NCBI GenBank assembly: GCA_965261405.1
Contig: CBDHDD010000002.1
Coordinates: 1,075,880-1,139,879 of the forward strand
Reading direction: 5' to 3'
DNA length: 64,000 nucleotides
Source: Dehalococcoidia bacterium
GTDB lineage: Bacteria > Chloroflexota > Dehalococcoidia > Lucifugimonadales > UBA1127
Shown here piece by piece: positions 1 through 12,857 of the stretch (positions are counted from its first letter, which is position 1; every line of letters starts with the position of its first letter). The notes below the pieces were generated by a model. It worked only from the letters and a program-made list of their open reading frames with translations, searched no databases and was not told the origin of the DNA. Made by a program: the position numbers and the translations under genes.

Positions 1-1
1 C

Positions 2-757
2 GCAGACGTCATCAACCTCTCCTCCGGCGGCAGCAGCACGGAGAAGGGCGAGTCGCTGGTGGATACGGTGCTCACCCTGCAGGCGGCGGCGGCTGACGTG
101 CTGGTGATGCGGCACAGCCACTCGGGGGCGCCATACCTGGCCGCAAGCAAGTTGGAGCGCACAGTCGTCATCAACGCGGGCGACGGCGCTCACGCACACC
201 CCACGCAAGCATTGCTCGACCTCTTCACCATCAAGGAGCGCCTGGGAGGCCTCGAGGGGAAGCGGGTGGTGATCGTCGGAGACATTTCGCATAGCCGAGT
301 CGCGCGCTCTGACCTGTGGGGACTCTGCAAGATGGGCGCAAAGCCCGTGCTATGCGGGCCGCCCACACTCATGCCGTGGGACTTGCTGAAACGCCGCCGC
401 GCGGACGAAGGCCATCCCTTCGCCGACGTGGAGGTTGAAACGGACATCGACCGGGCAATGAGCGGGGCCGACGTCGTCATGCCCCTTCGACTCCAGAAAG
501 AGCGGCAGGCGGCGGGCCTGCTGCCCAGCTTGCGCGAGTATGCCCGCCTTTGGCAGGTGGACCAGGCAAGGTTGTCGCGAAACTGCCCGGAGGCGATCGT
601 CATGCACCCCGGCCCCATGAACGAAGGAGTGGAGATCAGCCCGGACGTAGCCCACGGCGCAGCCTCGGCGGTGGAGGAGCAGGTCACAAACGGCCTCGCC
701 GTCCGCATGGCGCTGCTGCTTATGCTCGCCGCGCCCCACGGAGGAGACCATGACTAA
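2..757 (+). CDS. pyrB: aspartate carbamoyltransferase catalytic chain, C-terminal part (5' end outside window)
   Basis: Frame open from base 2. KGESLVDT, HPTQALLD, PLRLQKER and HPGPMNEGVEI motifs are typical of ATCase. Overlaps the pyrC start by 8 nt. Confidence 0.9.
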   Translation, partial: ADVINLSSGGSSTEKGESLVDTVLTLQAAAADVLVMRHSHSGAPYLAASKLERTVVINAGDGAHAHPTQALLDLFTIKERLGGLEGKRVVIVGDISHSRVARSDLWGLCKMGAKPVLCGPPTLMPWDLLKRRRADEGHPFADVEVETDIDRAMSGADVVMPLRLQKERQAAGLLPSLREYARLWQVDQARLSRNCPEAIVMHPGPMNEGVEISPDVAHGAASAVEEQVTNGLAVRMALLLMLAAPHGGDHD

Positions 758-2168
758 CGCAATCCTGGTCAAGGGCGGCCGCATCATCGATCCAGCGCAG
801 GGGTTGGACGCCATCGGCGACGTGCTCATCGTGGACGGGGTGGTCGTGTCGACAGGGACAGGGGGGCGGGCGCCCGAGGACTGCACGGTCGTCGACGCTT
901 CAGGGCTCGTGGTCACGCCGGGGTTCATCGACCTGCACGTCCACCTGCGCGAGCCGGGGTACGAGGACAAGGAGACTGTGGCCACTGGCGCCCTCGCCGC
1001 CGTGCGGGGCGGCTTCACCACCGTCTGCGCCATGCCCAACACCGACCCGCCCATGGACAACGCCGCCGTCATTCGCCACGTCCGCGAGGCCGCTGAGCAG
1101 GCGGGGTTGGCCCGAGTGCTGCCCATCGGGTGCGTCACCCGGGGCCGCGCCGGCAAGGCCCTCGCAGACATGGGGGAGATGGCCGAGGCGGGCGCTATCG
1201 GCTTCAGCGACGACGGCTCGCCCGTCGCCGACGCGACGCTCATGCGCAACGCCCTGACCTACAGCACGACGACCGACCTGCCCGTCATCAACCATTGCGA
1301 GGAGCCGTCGCTGGCCAAGGACGGCGTCCTGCACGAGGGATGGGTTGCCAGCCGGCTGGGTCTGCCCGGACAGCCGGCGGCCGCGGAGGAGACCATGGTG
1401 GCCCGGGACATCGAGCTTGCGGCGCTCACCGGCGGCAAGCTGCACCTGGCCCACATCAGCACGGAAGGGACCATGGCGCTGCTGCGGCAGGCCAAGGCTG
1501 CGGGCAAGGCAAAGGTCACCGCGGAGGTGACACCCCACCACCTGCTGCTGACGGAGGAATGGGCGTTGGGAGGCATCGAGGGCGGCTCCGGCGAACTGAC
1601 CACGCCGGACCCCTACGGGCCGCTGACTCGCACCGCCTACGACACACGAGCCAAGGTCAACCCACCCCTGCGCACGGAGGACGACACTATCGCCCTCATC
1701 GAGGGGCTGAAGGACGGCACTATCGACGCCATCGCAACCGACCACGCGCCACACACGTCGACGGACAAGGCGTGCACGATGCAGGAGGCTGCATTCGGCA
1801 TCTCTGGGCTGGAGACGGCGTTCGGGTTGGTGTACTCGCTGGTGGAGCGGGGGGACATCGAACTGCCAACGTTGATCGAGCGCCTGACCGCCGGTCCTGC
1901 GCGCGTGCTGGGCGCGGACACCGCAGAGGCGGCGGAGGCCTCGGGACTGCCCGTACTCGGGACGCTGCAGCCGGGGGCGGCAGGCGACGTGACGGTGCTG
2001 GACCCCGACGCCGAATGGGCGGTAGACACAACCACCTTCGCGTCAAAGGGGCGCAACACCCCGCTGGATGGGATCACGCTTCAGGGACGGGTCATCAAGA
2101 CAATCGTCGGCGGCCGCCTGGTGCACGACGCGCAGGGCGACGCCAAGGGAGAGGCCAATGGCAAGTAG
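750..2168 (+). CDS. pyrC: dihydroorotase
   Basis: 472 aa. DLHVHLREPG metal-binding HxH and DHAPH motifs. Sits between pyrB and carA. Confidence 0.9.
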   Translation: MTNAILVKGGRIIDPAQGLDAIGDVLIVDGVVVSTGTGGRAPEDCTVVDASGLVVTPGFIDLHVHLREPGYEDKETVATGALAAVRGGFTTVCAMPNTDPPMDNAAVIRHVREAAEQAGLARVLPIGCVTRGRAGKALADMGEMAEAGAIGFSDDGSPVADATLMRNALTYSTTTDLPVINHCEEPSLAKDGVLHEGWVASRLGLPGQPAAAEETMVARDIELAALTGGKLHLAHISTEGTMALLRQAKAAGKAKVTAEVTPHHLLLTEEWALGGIEGGSGELTTPDPYGPLTRTAYDTRAKVNPPLRTEDDTIALIEGLKDGTIDAIATDHAPHTSTDKACTMQEAAFGISGLETAFGLVYSLVERGDIELPTLIERLTAGPARVLGADTAEAAEASGLPVLGTLQPGAAGDVTVLDPDAEWAVDTTTFASKGRNTPLDGITLQGRVIKTIVGGRLVHDAQGDAKGEANGK

Positions 2169-2195
2169 CGTCTTACGCGGGGCGGAGGGCCGGCA

Positions 2196-3308
2196 ATGAC
2201 CACACCCGCTTTCGTGGTGCTGGAGGACGGCACGATCTACCGGGGCGAGTCCTTCGGCGCGAGCGTCACAGTCTACGGTGAAGTTGTCTTCACGACCGCT
2301 ATGACCGGCTACCAGGAGATGCTCACGGACCCCTCCTTCGCCGGGCAGATCGTTGTGCCAACGTACCCGCTGCAGGGCAACTACGGCATCAACTCGGGCG
2401 ACGTGGAGTCGCGGCGCATCCAAGCGGCAGGGTACGTCGTGCGGGGACATTCCTTGACGCCCAGCCACGCTCTCAGCGACATCACCCTGCATGAGTACCT
2501 GCTCTCGGAGGGCATACCAGGCGTCAGCGGAATCGACACTCGGGCGCTGACGCGTCGACTGCGGGTAAGCGGCGTGATGATGGGCGCCGTGGCCGTCGAT
2601 GTCTCGCCGGATGAAGCGCTGGCACAGCTGCAGCGCGGACCCCGCTATGAGACCACGGACTTCGTCGGACGGGTGTCAACGAACGCTCTCTACGCCTGGG
2701 AGGGGGGCGGAACAGCATTCAACGGTCAGGAGCGTGGCGACCGCAAGCGCATAGTCGTCACGGACTACGGGGTGAAGTACAACATCCTGCGCATCCTGGA
2801 ACGCCACGGCTGCGAGGTCATCGCCGCGCCGCCGGGCGCTTCCGCGGAGGAAATCCTGGGGCTGCAGCCGAACGGCGTTCTGCTGTCGCCGGGGCCCGGG
2901 GACCCGGTGCACCTCGACTACGGCGTCGACACGGCGCGGGCGCTCATCGGCAAGACGCCCATCATGGGCATCTGCCTAGGGCACCAGGTATTGGCGCGGG
3001 CGTTGGGCGGCAAGACGTACAAGCTGAAGTTCGGCCACCGGGGCGCGAACCATCCGGTCAAGGAGCTCCACACGGGACACGTCCACATCACTGCGCAGAA
3101 CCACGGCTACGCAGTCGATGCCGACGGCCTGCCCGCAGACCTTGAAATCACCCACCTCAGCCTGAACGACGGCACGGTGGAGGGGCTTCGGCACCGCTCG
3201 GCCCCAATCATCACGATTCAGTACCACTCGGAGGCCTCTCCGGGGCCGCGCGACAACGAGTACCTCTTCGACGCATTCATGCGAATGGTGTGGGACGGGC
3301 GCACATAG
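2196..3308 (+). CDS. carA: carbamoyl-phosphate synthase small (glutamine amidotransferase) subunit
   Basis: 370 aa. GICLGHQ nucleophile elbow and HNHGYAV motif. Immediately upstream of carB. Confidence 0.95.
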   Translation: MTTPAFVVLEDGTIYRGESFGASVTVYGEVVFTTAMTGYQEMLTDPSFAGQIVVPTYPLQGNYGINSGDVESRRIQAAGYVVRGHSLTPSHALSDITLHEYLLSEGIPGVSGIDTRALTRRLRVSGVMMGAVAVDVSPDEALAQLQRGPRYETTDFVGRVSTNALYAWEGGGTAFNGQERGDRKRIVVTDYGVKYNILRILERHGCEVIAAPPGASAEEILGLQPNGVLLSPGPGDPVHLDYGVDTARALIGKTPIMGICLGHQVLARALGGKTYKLKFGHRGANHPVKELHTGHVHITAQNHGYAVDADGLPADLEITHLSLNDGTVEGLRHRSAPIITIQYHSEASPGPRDNEYLFDAFMRMVWDGRT

Positions 3309-3369
3309 CCGGCAGCTTACACATCGCGCTGGGACGGCGAGTCACATCGAAATGGAAGGACAGGGTCGG

Positions 3370-6696
<3,327 letters not shown>

Positions 6697-6720
6697 GTGG
6701 GTGTTCGGACAAGCCAACAA

Positions 6721-6749
6721 GAAAGGGCCCCTTCAAGAGGGGCCCTTTC
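6721..6749. terminator. bidirectional intrinsic-terminator-like hairpin between convergent carB and a methyltransferase gene
   Basis: Perfect 12-bp stem GAAAGGGCCCCT / AGGGGCCCTTTC with a 5-nt loop, followed by TAATTT. Confidence 0.7.
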
Positions 6750-6771
6750 TAATTTCCTAGATTGGCGGCCG

Positions 6772-7593
6772 CTACTTCCGGGTCGCGATCACCGTCAGCC
6801 AGTTGCGGGGGACGTTCTCCAAGCCCAACTCTTCAAAAGCCTGACGGGCGCCTGTCTGCAGGGCCTCTGAGCCGTACTCCAGCGGCACGCCAGGCATCGC
6901 GCCCTCAATGAACGCTTCGTACTGGCTGATGGCGAGGAAGCCGGCCAAGTCCATCGGAGCGGGGCAAAGATGGGTGCGGGCCACCGAGAAGCCGTTGCGC
7001 AACAACAGGGCCTCGTATTCGTCGGCGGTTAGCTGAAGACGGGCAGCCACCTTCTCGTGCTTGGGGAACATGTTGTGCTTGGACTTGAGTGCACGGAGGG
7101 ACTTCGACATCCATCGGCGGTAGAACTGTTCGGACTCCTGAGGGACACTGCCCTGGAAAAAGGTGGTATTGAAGGCAAAGGTGCCGCCGGGCCGGAGAGT
7201 GGCTGCAACCTCCGCAACCAGCGTTTGCTTGTCGGGCACCATATGGATGCCGTTGCAGAACACTACGCCGTCCACCCTGTAGTTGACGATGGTGGACAGG
7301 TGCTCGGCGCGGCTGTGGATGAATTCCAACGCCACGTCGCGTGCGGTGCCCAATTGTGCCATCGCCTCTTTAATGGCCGACGCAGACATGTCAATTGCGA
7401 TTACGACGCTGTCCCGCGCGCCCTTGATACGGTCGGCAATGAGCCGGGTCACGGCGCCCGTGCCGCAGGCTAGGTCAACGATCTTCTGCCCGGGGTGGAA
7501 GTCCACCATGTCCACCAGCTGGCGGTTGACCACCTGATAGAACCCCTGCGACGCAAAGGGGGTGTACGAAAACCGGGATTCTTCCATCTGCAC
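6772..7593 (-). CDS. class I SAM-dependent methyltransferase
   Basis: 273 aa. VDLACGTG (motif I) followed by an acidic loop IAIDMS. Methyltransf_11/25-like layout. Confidence 0.8.
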   Translation of the reverse strand: MQMEESRFSYTPFASQGFYQVVNRQLVDMVDFHPGQKIVDLACGTGAVTRLIADRIKGARDSVVIAIDMSASAIKEAMAQLGTARDVALEFIHSRAEHLSTIVNYRVDGVVFCNGIHMVPDKQTLVAEVAATLRPGGTFAFNTTFFQGSVPQESEQFYRRWMSKSLRALKSKHNMFPKHEKVAARLQLTADEYEALLLRNGFSVARTHLCPAPMDLAGFLAISQYEAFIEGAMPGVPLEYGSEALQTGARQAFEELGLENVPRNWLTVIATRK

Positions 7594-7726
7594 ACCTCAG
7601 ACTAACGCCATACTTGGACAACCCTAGTTGACAAGCGCCGCCAAAGCCATAAAAAGGGCTTTTCAACCGTTTCATATTGTACCGGCCTTGTCCAGTTATT
7701 GATAGGGGATGGCAGAATCCCGCGCG

Positions 7727-7755
7727 TTGACACTGACTGAGGCCCTTCCTACACT
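7727..7755 (+). promoter_or_regulatory. sigma70-like promoter candidate (TTGACA-N17-TACACT)
   Basis: TTGACA at 7727-7732, 17-nt spacer, TACACT at 7750-7755. About 80 nt upstream of the small membrane-protein ORF. Confidence 0.35.
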
Positions 7756-7836
7756 GGGTTTTTGCAGCCAGTCCACATGCAGTCTCTTCCATGCTCCTCC
7801 GCAAGAAGCTTGGCCGCGGAAGGACGGACTTTCGCC

Positions 7837-8043
7837 ATGTACGATCCGCGATACAGGTTCCACCGCGCCACACTCAGCTCCAGCAGCAGGATTGTCCTCG
7901 GGATCGTGGTGTTTGCCTTCGGCCTGTTTCTCATCTCGCCCGTAGCGGAGTGGCTGCTGAACCTCGTGGGTTGGATCGCCATGATTGGAGGGGCGGTCGT
8001 CTTCGCCGCTGGACTCTGGACCGCTCTTCGGAGCAGGGGGTAG
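7837..8043 (+). CDS. small predicted two-helix membrane protein
   Basis: 68 aa from MYDPRY. Two hydrophobic segments (IVLGIVVFAFGLFLI, WIAMIGGAVVFAAGLW). The next ORF starts 8 nt after its stop. Confidence 0.45.
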   Translation: MYDPRYRFHRATLSSSSRIVLGIVVFAFGLFLISPVAEWLLNLVGWIAMIGGAVVFAAGLWTALRSRG

Positions 8044-8050
8044 CAGAAAC

Positions 8051-8380
8051 ATGGCCAGCCCGAACCCATCCGGTACCCGCGCCGACACCCTCGCGCGCAT
8101 TGCCGTTAGGCTTGAGGGTCCTTCGCAGTACCGGGGAACGGAAATCATCGGCGACCTACGTGTCATCGCGGAGACGCTCTACTACCCCTTCAAGTTTGTC
8201 GCGTTTTGGGACGGGCAGACGGGCAACCACCTCTGCCCACAGACGCAGGCGGGCCGACCCTGCGCCCACACGCCGGACGACGCAGGCCGCGCCTCCTATG
8301 CCGTAGCGGTAGAGGACGAGATGGCCGGTGAGCTGGAGGTGCTCTTCCCGCACGCCGACCTTTCCATCTTTCTGGGTTAG
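8051..8380 (+). CDS. hypothetical protein
   Basis: 109 aa with coding-like composition, tightly following the previous ORF. No domain recognised. Confidence 0.4.
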   Translation: MASPNPSGTRADTLARIAVRLEGPSQYRGTEIIGDLRVIAETLYYPFKFVAFWDGQTGNHLCPQTQAGRPCAHTPDDAGRASYAVAVEDEMAGELEVLFPHADLSIFLG

Positions 8381-8445
8381 ACTGGTGTCACGCCGCCGTT
8401 CAACGGGGCCTGGGTACCCCTTCCCGCGCCCTACGCTATACCCTA

Positions 8446-8454
8446 TGCTATAAT
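8446..8454 (+). promoter_or_regulatory. extended -10 promoter element (TGcTATAAT) upstream of tig
   Basis: TGCTATAAT lies 28 nt upstream of the TTG start of trigger factor. The -35 is weak. Confidence 0.3.
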
Positions 8455-8481
8455 TGAAATAACCCTCACACGAGGCTGCCA

Positions 8482-9864
8482 TTGAAGATAACCCGTGAAG
8501 AAGAAGCCGTCCGCCAAACTGTGCTCAATATTGAGATGGAAGAGGCGGATTTAGACAGCTACCTCCAACGCGCGTACCAACGCGTTGTCCAGAAGCTCAA
8601 GGTGCCCGGATTCCGTCCCGGCAAGGCGCCCCGGCGCGTTGTTGAGCGGATGGTTGGACGGGAATCTCTCCTCCATGAAGCGTTCGACTTCATGGTGCCG
8701 GAGGTCACCGCCCAGGCCATCGAACAAGAGGGCATCGAGGCGGGCGCTCAACCGGACGTAGAGGTCGTCGAGCATGACCCGGTCACCATAAAGGCCATCG
8801 TGCCCCTCACGCCGCTGGTCGAAACCGGCAACTATCTCTCTGTGCGGATCCCCTGGGTAACGCCAACGGTCACCGACGAACAGGTGGACGAGGCTCTCGA
8901 AGAGGCGCGCCGCAAGGAGGCCGTGTGGGAGCCCGTCGAGCGGACCGCGGAGATGGGCGACGACCTCACCATGGAATTCAAGGGCGTGGTAGACGGTGAG
9001 ACGATTGTGGAGCAGGATGACGCCGCCTTCGTTCTCGACCCGGAAGCCCCGATCGAGGGCTTCGGCGACGCCCTGACCGGGATCGCCTCCGGCGAGACCC
9101 GAGACTTCGAACTCCCCTTCCCGGACGAGTACTTCAATGAAAACCTGGCCGGGAAGATGTGCACATTCACGGTGACAGCCAAGGAGATAAAGGCCCAGGT
9201 CCTGCCGGAGTTGGACGATGAGTTCGCCAAGGGCGTGGACGACGGTTACGACTCCCTCGACGCCCTCAAGGACCACATCCGCGAGGAATTGCAGGGGGAG
9301 ATGGACCATGAGGACGAGCACACCTACCAGGACGCCGTGATGGCGGAGTTGCTCGTCGTCGGCTCTGTGGAACTGCCTCCCATCATGGTGGAGCGCGGCA
9401 TAGACAGCCACCTGCAGGAGATCCAGGACACTATCGGCCAGCGCATTGGCCGCTCCATTTCCCTTGAAGAGTACGTGGAGGTAACCAAGAAATCCGAGGA
9501 GGAGCTGCGGGAGGAGACTCGCGTCACCGTTGACGAGCAGCTCCGCCGGTCCTACCTTCTTACCCAGGTGGCCGAGAACGAGGGCATTGACCCGACCGAC
9601 GAGGACGTCGACGTGGAGATCGAGGAAATGGCGGTCCGCGCCGGTGAACAGGGCGAGCAGGTGCGCCAACTCTTCATGAGTCAGGAGAACCGCGACTCTG
9701 TCGCCCGCTCCATCCGCTCACGTATCACAGTGCAGCGGCTCGTTGACATCGCAAAGGGCGAGCCCGTAGCCGAGCAGCCTTCGGACGAAGCCGAGAGTGA
9801 GCCGGCAGACGCCGCCGAGACGAGCGAAGAACCAGCAGAGGAATCCACGGAGCAGGCCACCTAG
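8482..9864 (+). CDS. tig: trigger factor
   Basis: 460 aa. GFRPGKAP ribosome-binding signature, acidic C-terminal tail, conserved tig-clpP-clpX order. TTG start. Confidence 0.9.
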   Translation: MKITREEEAVRQTVLNIEMEEADLDSYLQRAYQRVVQKLKVPGFRPGKAPRRVVERMVGRESLLHEAFDFMVPEVTAQAIEQEGIEAGAQPDVEVVEHDPVTIKAIVPLTPLVETGNYLSVRIPWVTPTVTDEQVDEALEEARRKEAVWEPVERTAEMGDDLTMEFKGVVDGETIVEQDDAAFVLDPEAPIEGFGDALTGIASGETRDFELPFPDEYFNENLAGKMCTFTVTAKEIKAQVLPELDDEFAKGVDDGYDSLDALKDHIREELQGEMDHEDEHTYQDAVMAELLVVGSVELPPIMVERGIDSHLQEIQDTIGQRIGRSISLEEYVEVTKKSEEELREETRVTVDEQLRRSYLLTQVAENEGIDPTDEDVDVEIEEMAVRAGEQGEQVRQLFMSQENRDSVARSIRSRITVQRLVDIAKGEPVAEQPSDEAESEPADAAETSEEPAEESTEQAT

Positions 9865-9917
9865 ACGGATGGCCTGCCTGGGTGAGACATAGTCAAGAGT
9901 ACGCAGGAGGAACGTCC

Positions 9918-10592
9918 ATGGCACGCAGGAACGTACACAGCGAGGCGGAGTTGATCAGCGCGGCAGGAAAGCTGATGGGCCCGCCGCCGCAGAACATCAT
10001 CCCCATGGTCATTGAGAGCGGCTCCAGAGGCGAGCGGTCCTTTGACATCTACTCCCTGCTCCTCCGGGAGCGCATCATCTTCCTCGGCACTCCCGTGGGA
10101 GACCAGGTTGCCAACCTCATCGTTGCGCAGCTTCTCTACCTGGAGCGGGAGGACCCGGAGAAGGACGTCAGCCTGTACATCAACTCGCCGGGCGGCCAGG
10201 TCACTTCCGGAATGGCCATCCTAGACACCATGAACCTGGTTGCACCCGACGTGTCCACCATCTGCGTGGGCTTGGCCGCCAGCATGGGCACCATCCTCCT
10301 CTGCTCCGGCGCCAAGGGCAAGCGCTACGGCCTGGCAAACTCCACCATCCACATGCACCAACCCTTGGGCGGCGCGCAGGGTCAGGCCACGGACATCGAG
10401 ATTGCGGCAAGGGAGATCCTTCGGGTGCAGGACAAGCTCCGCCAGATAATTTCGGCGCAGACGGGCAAGCCCTACGAGCAGGTAGCCCGAGACTCGGACC
10501 GTGACTTTTGGCTCACAGCGGACGAGGCGGTGGACTACGGCCTGATAGACGAAGTCTTGGCGAAGCAAGTGCCTGCGGCAGTGAGCAGCTAG
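9918..10592 (+). CDS. clpP: ATP-dependent Clp protease proteolytic subunit
   Basis: [20 protein letters not shown] (Ser), HMHQP (His) and DRDFW (Asp) motifs. AGGAGG precedes ATG 9918. Confidence 0.95.
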   Translation: MARRNVHSEAELISAAGKLMGPPPQNIIPMVIESGSRGERSFDIYSLLLRERIIFLGTPVGDQVANLIVAQLLYLEREDPEKDVSLYINSPGGQVTSGMAILDTMNLVAPDVSTICVGLAASMGTILLCSGAKGKRYGLANSTIHMHQPLGGAQGQATDIEIAAREILRVQDKLRQIISAQTGKPYEQVARDSDRDFWLTADEAVDYGLIDEVLAKQVPAAVSS

Positions 10593-10605
10593 GAGACGCT
10601 GAGGC

Positions 10606-11916
10606 ATGGCCAGCAAGGTAAAGGGCGGAAACGACTACACTTGCTCCTTCTGCGGTAAGGCGCAGGGGCAGGTGAAGCGGCTGGTGGCAGGCCCAGGCCG
10701 GGTCTTTATCTGCGACGAGTGCGTTGCCCTTTGCCAGCAGATCATGGGCGACTACGCTGCAGCGGACGCGGCCACGGAGTCGGAGACGCCGGAAGCGGAG
10801 CAGGCCTCTCGCCGCGCCGAGTTTCTCCCGCCGAAGCTCATTTACGACAAATTGGACGAGTACGTTATTGGGCAGGAGCATGCCAAGAAGGTCCTCAGCG
10901 TGGCCGTCTATAACCATTACAAGCGCATCTGGAACTCAGCGGACAGTTTCAGCAGTGTGGAGATTCAGAAGAGCAACATCCTCCTCATCGGCCCCACCGG
11001 CAGCGGCAAGACCCTCCTCGCCCAGACCCTCGCCAAGATCCTCGACGTACCGTCCGCCATAGCGGACGCGACATCCCTAACCGAGGCTGGCTACGTCGGC
11101 GAGGACGTCGAGCACATTCTGCTGCGCCTCATCCAGGCGGCCGATTGGGACTTGAGCCGCGCCGAACACGGCATCCTCTACATTGACGAAATTGACAAGA
11201 TTGCCCGCAAGAGCCCGAATCCTTCCATCACCCGGGACGTCTCCGGCGAGGGCGTGCAACAGAGCCTCCTCAAGATAATCGAGGGCACCCAGGCGGCCAT
11301 CCCCCCGAATGGCGGCCGCAAGCACCCACACCAGGAGTTCCTCCAGTTCAAGACGGACAATATCCTCTTCGTGTGCGGCGGCGCCTTCGACGGTCTGGAG
11401 CAGGTCGTGGAAAGGCGCATCTTGAAGGACCGCCGCAGCATCGGCCTTGTCCGCGATGGTCGCAACCAGTCGGAAACCGGGGAACTTGAGAACATCCTGC
11501 AGCGAGTCAACAGCGATGACTTGCTGCAGTACGGCTTCATCCCGGAGCTTGTTGGCCGCTTCCCTGTCGTTGTAACCCTTGACCCGCTTTCCAAGGAAGA
11601 CCTCATACAGGTTCTCACAGAGCCCAAGAACGCAGTGATCAAGCAGTACCAGCACCTCTTCTCGTTGGACAACGTGGAACTAGTCTTCCAGCGAGACGCG
11701 CTGGAGGCCGCCGCAGAGGAGGCGATGACGCACAAGACCGGCGCACGCGGCCTTCGCACCATCATCGAGCGCACGCTGCTGGACGTCATGTACGAACTGC
11801 CGTCTCTGGAAGGGATAAACCGCTGCCTTGTAGACGCGGAAGTGATACAGGGTAAAAAGCAACCCGTGCTCCTCACCTCGGCAGGCGACACCGTGGACTT
11901 GCCGCGGGCGGCGTAG
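10606..11916 (+). CDS. clpX: ATP-dependent Clp protease ATP-binding subunit ClpX
   Basis: N-terminal C4 zinc finger (CSFCGK...CDEC), Walker A GPTGSGKT, Walker [10 protein letters not shown]. Confidence 0.95.
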   Translation: MASKVKGGNDYTCSFCGKAQGQVKRLVAGPGRVFICDECVALCQQIMGDYAAADAATESETPEAEQASRRAEFLPPKLIYDKLDEYVIGQEHAKKVLSVAVYNHYKRIWNSADSFSSVEIQKSNILLIGPTGSGKTLLAQTLAKILDVPSAIADATSLTEAGYVGEDVEHILLRLIQAADWDLSRAEHGILYIDEIDKIARKSPNPSITRDVSGEGVQQSLLKIIEGTQAAIPPNGGRKHPHQEFLQFKTDNILFVCGGAFDGLEQVVERRILKDRRSIGLVRDGRNQSETGELENILQRVNSDDLLQYGFIPELVGRFPVVVTLDPLSKEDLIQVLTEPKNAVIKQYQHLFSLDNVELVFQRDALEAAAEEAMTHKTGARGLRTIIERTLLDVMYELPSLEGINRCLVDAEVIQGKKQPVLLTSAGDTVDLPRAA

Positions 11917-11919
11917 CCA

Positions 11920-12855
11920 CTACTCCGGCGCCCGCAACCTCGGCACAACGTCCGACGCTATCCGCTCCAAATGGCCCACGTCCAATGACGGCACGCCCAA
12001 CATGAACGTGGTCACTCCTGCGTTTACAAATTCTTGCAACTCAGCCGCCACTTCCTCCGGGGGCCCGTACACAGTAAACGCCGAGGGGTCCCTCTCTGGG
12101 CCGTAATACGCCTGAAGGAAAGGGGTTAGCGACGCAAGCGCCCGGCCACGGTCGTCGTCAACCGCCACGTAGACCAGCTTCCCTGCTTCCAACTGTTCCG
12201 GGTCGCGGCCCAATTTCCGCGCGTGCTCCAGCACCTGCTGCCAGCACGCGCGGAACTCGTCCGGCGGCGAGAATGCACCGCCGATCCAACCCTCCGTCAA
12301 CTCCGCAGCGCGCCGCAGCACTGCGTCGGCGCGGCCGCCCATGTACAACGGGATGCCGCCATCGCGAATCGCCGCGGGTCGCACCACAGCCTCCTCCAGC
12401 GTGTAGAACCGCCCGTCGTAGGTGACCGGCTCGCCACGAAGCAGCGCCTTCAGCAGGAGGATGTTCTCTCGCAAGCGGGGCACGCGTTCAGAAAGCTGCA
12501 TTCCCAGCCCCGGAAATTCGTTGGGACGGCCGCCTACGGACACCCCCAACAACACGCGACCGCCGGAGAAGTGGTCCAACGTGGAGAGCTGACGCGCCAG
12601 CGACGAGGCATTGCGCATCGAAAGCAGCAACACGGCCGTACCGAGCATGATGCGCTCAGTCGCGCCCGCCGCCAGGGTGAGGAGCGTCAGCGGCTCCAGC
12701 AAGTTGGCGCCGTGGAAGAGACGGTCCTCCGTCCACAAGCCATGGAAGCCCAGCCGCTCCGCATGCCGGAAAAAGTCAGTATATTGAGCCGCCGAGGGCA
12801 GCGGGCCGTCAGACGCCACCGGCACGTGCAACCCGACCTTGATCTCCCTTGCCAT
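11920..12855 (-). CDS. luciferase-like (LLM class) flavin/F420-dependent oxidoreductase
   Basis: About 311 aa from MAREIKVGLHVP. TIM-barrel LLM-family sequence. The start lies 3 nt after the Etf stop, so the two are probably in an operon. Confidence 0.8.
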   Translation of the reverse strand: MAREIKVGLHVPVASDGPLPSAAQYTDFFRHAERLGFHGLWTEDRLFHGANLLEPLTLLTLAAGATERIMLGTAVLLLSMRNASSLARQLSTLDHFSGGRVLLGVSVGGRPNEFPGLGMQLSERVPRLRENILLLKALLRGEPVTYDGRFYTLEEAVVRPAAIRDGGIPLYMGGRADAVLRRAAELTEGWIGGAFSPPDEFRACWQQVLEHARKLGRDPEQLEAGKLVYVAVDDDRGRALASLTPFLQAYYGPERDPSAFTVYGPPEEVAAELQEFVNAGVTTFMLGVPSLDVGHLERIASDVVPRLRAPE

Positions 12856-12857
12856 GC

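Noticed and set aside
350-1249. Long antisense or alternative-frame ORFs throughout the window (for example 350-1249 -, 8551-9669 -, 16397-17944 -, 28983-30422 +, 43420-45036 +, 59485-61137 +, 32194-33633 -).
   Set aside because: They lie opposite or out of frame to genes with unmistakable family motifs. Their translations are Arg/Pro/Gly/Ala-rich low-complexity strings, as expected from stop-poor frames in G+C-rich DNA. None has a recognisable motif.
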